DNA of 64,000 nucleotides from Acidobacteriota bacterium (GTDB taxonomy: Bacteria; Acidobacteriota; Vicinamibacteria; Vicinamibacterales; UBA8438): the NCBI GenBank assembly GCA_011523845.1, contig WTFV01000004.1:38881-102880 (forward strand). The letters are read 5' to 3'. The notes under the pieces are model-generated. The model was not told where the DNA came from and did no database searches. It was given only the letters and a program-made list of their open reading frames with translations. A program made the translations under genes and the position numbers. Shown here piece after piece: positions 61,023 to 64,000 of the stretch (the first letter of the stretch is position 1; every line of letters begins with the position of its first letter).

Positions 61023-64000
61023 ATGAAGCTGCTCGAAAGACTTCGCTCTCAACCGGCCTGGCAAAGTGACGACCCGGCGGTCCGGGTCGATGCCGTGCGC
61101 GACCTGCCCGCGGACGCGCGCGACGTGCTGCTCGAGATCGCGCGGAGCGATCCGGACCCCGGCGTGCGCCGGGCAGCCGTCGAGAAGATGCCCGATCTGG
61201 CCACCCTGGTTGCCTTTCTCCAGGACGCCGGGGGCGCCGGCGACGATCGGGACGAGGCCCGCATCGAGGCGGTTGCCGCGGTGCGCGACACCCTCATCGA
61301 GGCGACGGACGCCGCGGCCGCGGTCGCCGCGCTCGATGTGCTGGTCGAGGAACGCGACCTGGCTGCCATCGCCCGCAGGGCCGAGCTGGAAGGCGTTGCC
61401 CATGCCGCGTTGGAGAGGCTGACGAGCGACAAGATGCTGGGAGCCGTCGCGCGGCGCGCGGGTCGCGTCGAGATCGCTCTGGACGCCCTCCGGCGCGTGT
61501 CGGACCGCGACGAGCTGCTCTCGGTGGCGGTGAAGGCGGACGACAAGGCGCCGGCGCTCGCCGCCTGCGAGCGGTTGGTGGACGGCGACGGGCTCGACGA
61601 CGAGGCGTTGCAGACCCTGTCCCGGCAGGCCCGGCACAAGGGCGTGGCGCGGCGTGCGCGGGCGGTGCTGGCGGCGCGCTCGGAAGTCGGGACGGTCGAG
61701 GTTGCACCGCACCCCGGCCGTGATCTGTGCGACCGCCTGGAGGCGCGGGCGGCAACGGTCACGTCCCTGGAGGAGGGGCGCGCGGCGCTCGACGAAGCGG
61801 TGCAGCGATGGGACTCCGTCGAGGGACCGATCGAACCGGCGGTGGCCGAGCGGTTCGCGTCAGCCCGGCGGGCGATGGAGGACCGGTTGCTGGTGCTCGA
61901 CGCCACCGCGGTCGAAGCGCACCGCGCGGCGGCGGAACGATCGGCGGCCGAGTCGTCGCGCGTCGCCCTGTGCGAGAAGGTCGACCGCCTGGAGGGCCGC
62001 GCCGTGCCGGAGGGACTGCGGCGGGCCCGTGCCGAGTGGGAGGCGCTGGAGCCCGTCGATCCGGACGCGGACCCGGAGGCCGGGGCCGTCCTGGAGGCGC
62101 TGGCGTCGCGGTTCGAGGTCGCCGTGACCGCGTGCGAGGCGCGCCACGCGGCGTTCCTGCGCCGCGGCGAGAGGCTGGCGGCGCTGGAGGCACTGGCGGG
62201 GGAGCTGGAGGAGGTCGCCGCGGGCGACCCGACGGCGGATCGCCGTGGCCGGTGGCGCACGCTGGAGCTGGCCTGGAGACGCGAGCGGATCCTGGTGGAA
62301 GAGGGCGGCGCGCCCCCGGACGTGGAGACGGCCGAGGCCCTGGCCGCGCTGGAGGCCCGCAAGGCGGCGGTGGACGAACGGCGTCATGCGCTCGAGGTCG
62401 ACGCGAAGGCGGAACGCGACCGGGAGCGCCAGAAGAACCTCGCCCGGGTGACCAGGCTGGCGGAGGAGGTCGAGGCGGCGATCGCGAACGAGAAGCTGAC
62501 CCTCGCTGAAGCCGAGCGACGGCTGCGGGCCGCACGCCAGACCTTCGAGAAGCTGCCGCCGCTTCCTTCGCGCCGCGATCACGAACAGCTCGCGCGGCGT
62601 CTGAAGGACAACGCCGGCAAGCTGCTCGGCAAGGTGCGCGAGTTGCGGGACTTCGCGGACTGGCAACGGTGGGCCAACCTCGGAGTACAGGAGGAGCTCT
62701 GTCAGGAGATGGAGGCGTTGGCCGCGCCGCCGGAAGGCGCGCCCGAGATGACCGATGCGGAAGTCGCCCGCGTGTTCACCGATCTGATGAAGCGCTGGCG
62801 TCAGGCGGCCGACGTGCCGCAGGACAAGGGGCAGGCGCTGTGGGAACGATTCAGGAAGGCCCATGACCTGGTCTATCCGCGCTGCGAGCCGCTCTTCTCG
62901 GCCCAGCGCAAGGAGCGGGATGCGAGCCTGGCCCGCCGCGTGGAGCTGGTCGAGGAGGCGGAACGGCTGAGCGAGTCCACCGACTGGTTGAAGACGGCTC
63001 AGCGGCTGACCGCCCTGCAGGCGGAGTGGAAGACCCTCGGTTCGGCCCCGCGCCGGGATCAACAGGCGTTGTGGGCACGCCTGCGCCAGGCGTGCAGCAC
63101 GTTCTTCACGCGACGGAAAGCGGATCTGGCGGGCCGCAAACAGGAATGGGCGGTCAACTATGAGAAGAAGGAGGCGCTGTGCGTGCGCGTCGAGGCGCTG
63201 CTCGACGCCGAGGACCTGAAGGCGGCGATTGAAGAGGTCAAGCAGGTCCAGCGCGAGTGGAAGACCCTGGGTCCGGTCCGGCGCAATCGGTCGGACGCCA
63301 TCTGGCAGCGGTTTCGGAAGGCATGCGACGGCGTGTTCGATCGGCTCAACGAAGGGACGCGCCGGGTCGCGGCGGAGCGCATCGCCGTGCGTGAGGCGTT
63401 GTGCGCCGAAGTCGAAGCCCTGCTGCCTCCGCCGGCGCCCCCGGAGACGGGCAGCGCCTCGCCGGGCGCCGCGGCGGCTGCCGAGTCCGCCGAACCGGCC
63501 GAGCCCGCTGCTGCGGCGGTTGCCGAGTCTGCCGCACCGGCCGAGTCCGCTGGCGAGTCTGCCGCGCCGGCTGCCGAGTCTGCCGCGCCGACGGAGCCTG
63601 CCGCCGCGCCGGCGGAGCCCGGCGGCGCCGGGAGCGAGGCGCCGGCCGGCGAGGTCGCGGCGGACGCCGCGGGCGCGTCCGACGACGCCGCGGGCTCGAC
63701 TCCGCCGGTACCCGAGGACCTCGTCGGAACCGTCCGCGACATTCAGGACCGGTGGCGCCGGGCGCCCGAGGTGCCGCCCGAGATCAAGCGGAAGCTCGCG
63801 GCGCGCTTCGGTCGCGCCATAGCCCGCGTGGTCGAGGCGCATGCCGACCGATTCCGCGGCACGGACTACGATCCGGCGCAGCGTCTCAAGCGGCTCGAGC
63901 GACTGTGCGAGCGGGCCGAGGCCCTCGTCACCGCCGAGCCGCGCGGCGACGCGGGCGTGTCGCCCGCGGAGTTGCTGGCCCGGAAGTGGCGCGCGCAGAT
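61023..64000 (+). CDS. DUF349-repeat protein, 5' portion; gene runs off the right edge
   Basis: Not in the ORF track (no stop in window); none of the listed plus-strand ORFs shares this frame. ATG 61023: MKLLERLRSQPAWQSDDPAVRVDAV... Later come repeated W-x-x-LG-x-x-P/R...LW-x-RF-R-x-A-C/H-D units (EWKTLGSAPRRDQQALWARLRQACSTFF; EWKTLGPVRRNRSDAIWQRFRKACDGVF; RWRQAADVPQDKGQALWERFRKAHDLVY), typical of DUF349. Confidence 0.75.
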   Translation, partial: MKLLERLRSQPAWQSDDPAVRVDAVRDLPADARDVLLEIARSDPDPGVRRAAVEKMPDLATLVAFLQDAGGAGDDRDEARIEAVAAVRDTLIEATDAAAAVAALDVLVEERDLAAIARRAELEGVAHAALERLTSDKMLGAVARRAGRVEIALDALRRVSDRDELLSVAVKADDKAPALAACERLVDGDGLDDEALQTLSRQARHKGVARRARAVLAARSEVGTVEVAPHPGRDLCDRLEARAATVTSLEEGRAALDEAVQRWDSVEGPIEPAVAERFASARRAMEDRLLVLDATAVEAHRAAAERSAAESSRVALCEKVDRLEGRAVPEGLRRARAEWEALEPVDPDADPEAGAVLEALASRFEVAVTACEARHAAFLRRGERLAALEALAGELEEVAAGDPTADRRGRWRTLELAWRRERILVEEGGAPPDVETAEALAALEARKAAVDERRHALEVDAKAERDRERQKNLARVTRLAEEVEAAIANEKLTLAEAERRLRAARQTFEKLPPLPSRRDHEQLARRLKDNAGKLLGKVRELRDFADWQRWANLGVQEELCQEMEALAAPPEGAPEMTDAEVARVFTDLMKRWRQAADVPQDKGQALWERFRKAHDLVYPRCEPLFSAQRKERDASLARRVELVEEAERLSESTDWLKTAQRLTALQAEWKTLGSAPRRDQQALWARLRQACSTFFTRRKADLAGRKQEWAVNYEKKEALCVRVEALLDAEDLKAAIEEVKQVQREWKTLGPVRRNRSDAIWQRFRKACDGVFDRLNEGTRRVAAERIAVREALCAEVEALLPPPAPPETGSASPGAAAAAESAEPAEPAAAAVAESAAPAESAGESAAPAAESAAPTEPAAAPAEPGGAGSEAPAGEVAADAAGASDDAAGSTPPVPEDLVGTVRDIQDRWRRAPEVPPEIKRKLAARFGRAIARVVEAHADRFRGTDYDPAQRLKRLERLCERAEALVTAEPRGDAGVSPAELLARKWRAQ

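Noticed and set aside
63420-63700. Short GCCGAGTC(C/T)GCC-type nucleotide repeats, considered as a tandem-repeat or CRISPR-like array
   Set aside because: The units are irregular, have no spacers of constant length, and lie in frame inside the DUF349 coding sequence. This is a low-complexity coding linker, not an array.
61049-63842. Minus-strand ORFs 61049..62362 (437 aa) and 61860..63842 (660 aa)
   Set aside because: Ser/Ala/Arg- or Arg/Leu/Gly-rich antisense shadows of the open-ended DUF349 gene on the plus strand.

Overview
High-GC (about 68-70% by eye) bacterial chromosomal window with about 60 protein genes on both strands. I recognised no rRNA, tRNA, CRISPR array, transposase or integrase. 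The six-frame track is full of long Arg/Ala/Pro/Gly-rich shadow ORFs, so I called genes only where the translation shows recognisable family motifs. Many starts were re-set inside over-extended ORFs. Two real genes are absent from the track because they run off the window edges: 1..315 minus and 61023..64000 plus. Left to right the window holds: an alpha/beta hydrolase fragment, a Lon-N-domain protein, vapBC, recQ and a Tsx-like porin. Next come a SpoIIE/PP2C sensor phosphatase followed by two tandem RsbW-like/STAS pairs, then LOG, amt, and a DUF403/circularly-permuted ATP-grasp pair. A TAXI-TRAP transporter and a VOC protein sit directly downstream of a PaaK-type ligase, a hotdog thioesterase, a flavin-halogenase-like protein, a chorismate-lyase-like protein, a small ORF and a HemN-like radical SAM. 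These are followed by a Uma2 endonuclease, a beta-propeller protein and an Fe-ADH, then a lower-GC DUF262+HEPN pair. A perfect 842-bp tandem duplication covers the 3' end of a class II terpene (squalene-hopene type) cyclase gene. Upstream on the same strand are a PFTB-like toroid protein, a DUF116-polyprenyl synthase fusion, a radical SAM, a ferredoxin, a Cys protein, a G3E GTPase, a GcvH-like protein and a cysteine desulfurase, with a divergent lipoate-ligase-family gene. The rest of the window holds a SWIM protein, ParE/GyrB-like and ParC/GyrA-like genes split by an alanine:cation symporter, a Nudix protein, a MATE transporter and a transsulfuration enzyme. A second lower-GC patch follows (frameshifted remnant, clan AA protease, AlbA_2 protein), then GNAT, methyltransferase, Zn-ADH, an ACP-FAAL-acyltransferase fusion, two cyclophilins and a DUF349 protein. 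The most interesting items are: the terpene cyclase/polyprenyl synthase locus coupled to lipoyl-carrier, Fe-S and radical-SAM genes; the exact 842-bp duplication; the DUF262-HEPN module; the halogenase/HemN-like/small-ORF cluster; and a ~75-nt extragenic element present twice. All family assignments come from motif recognition by eye; no database search was possible.
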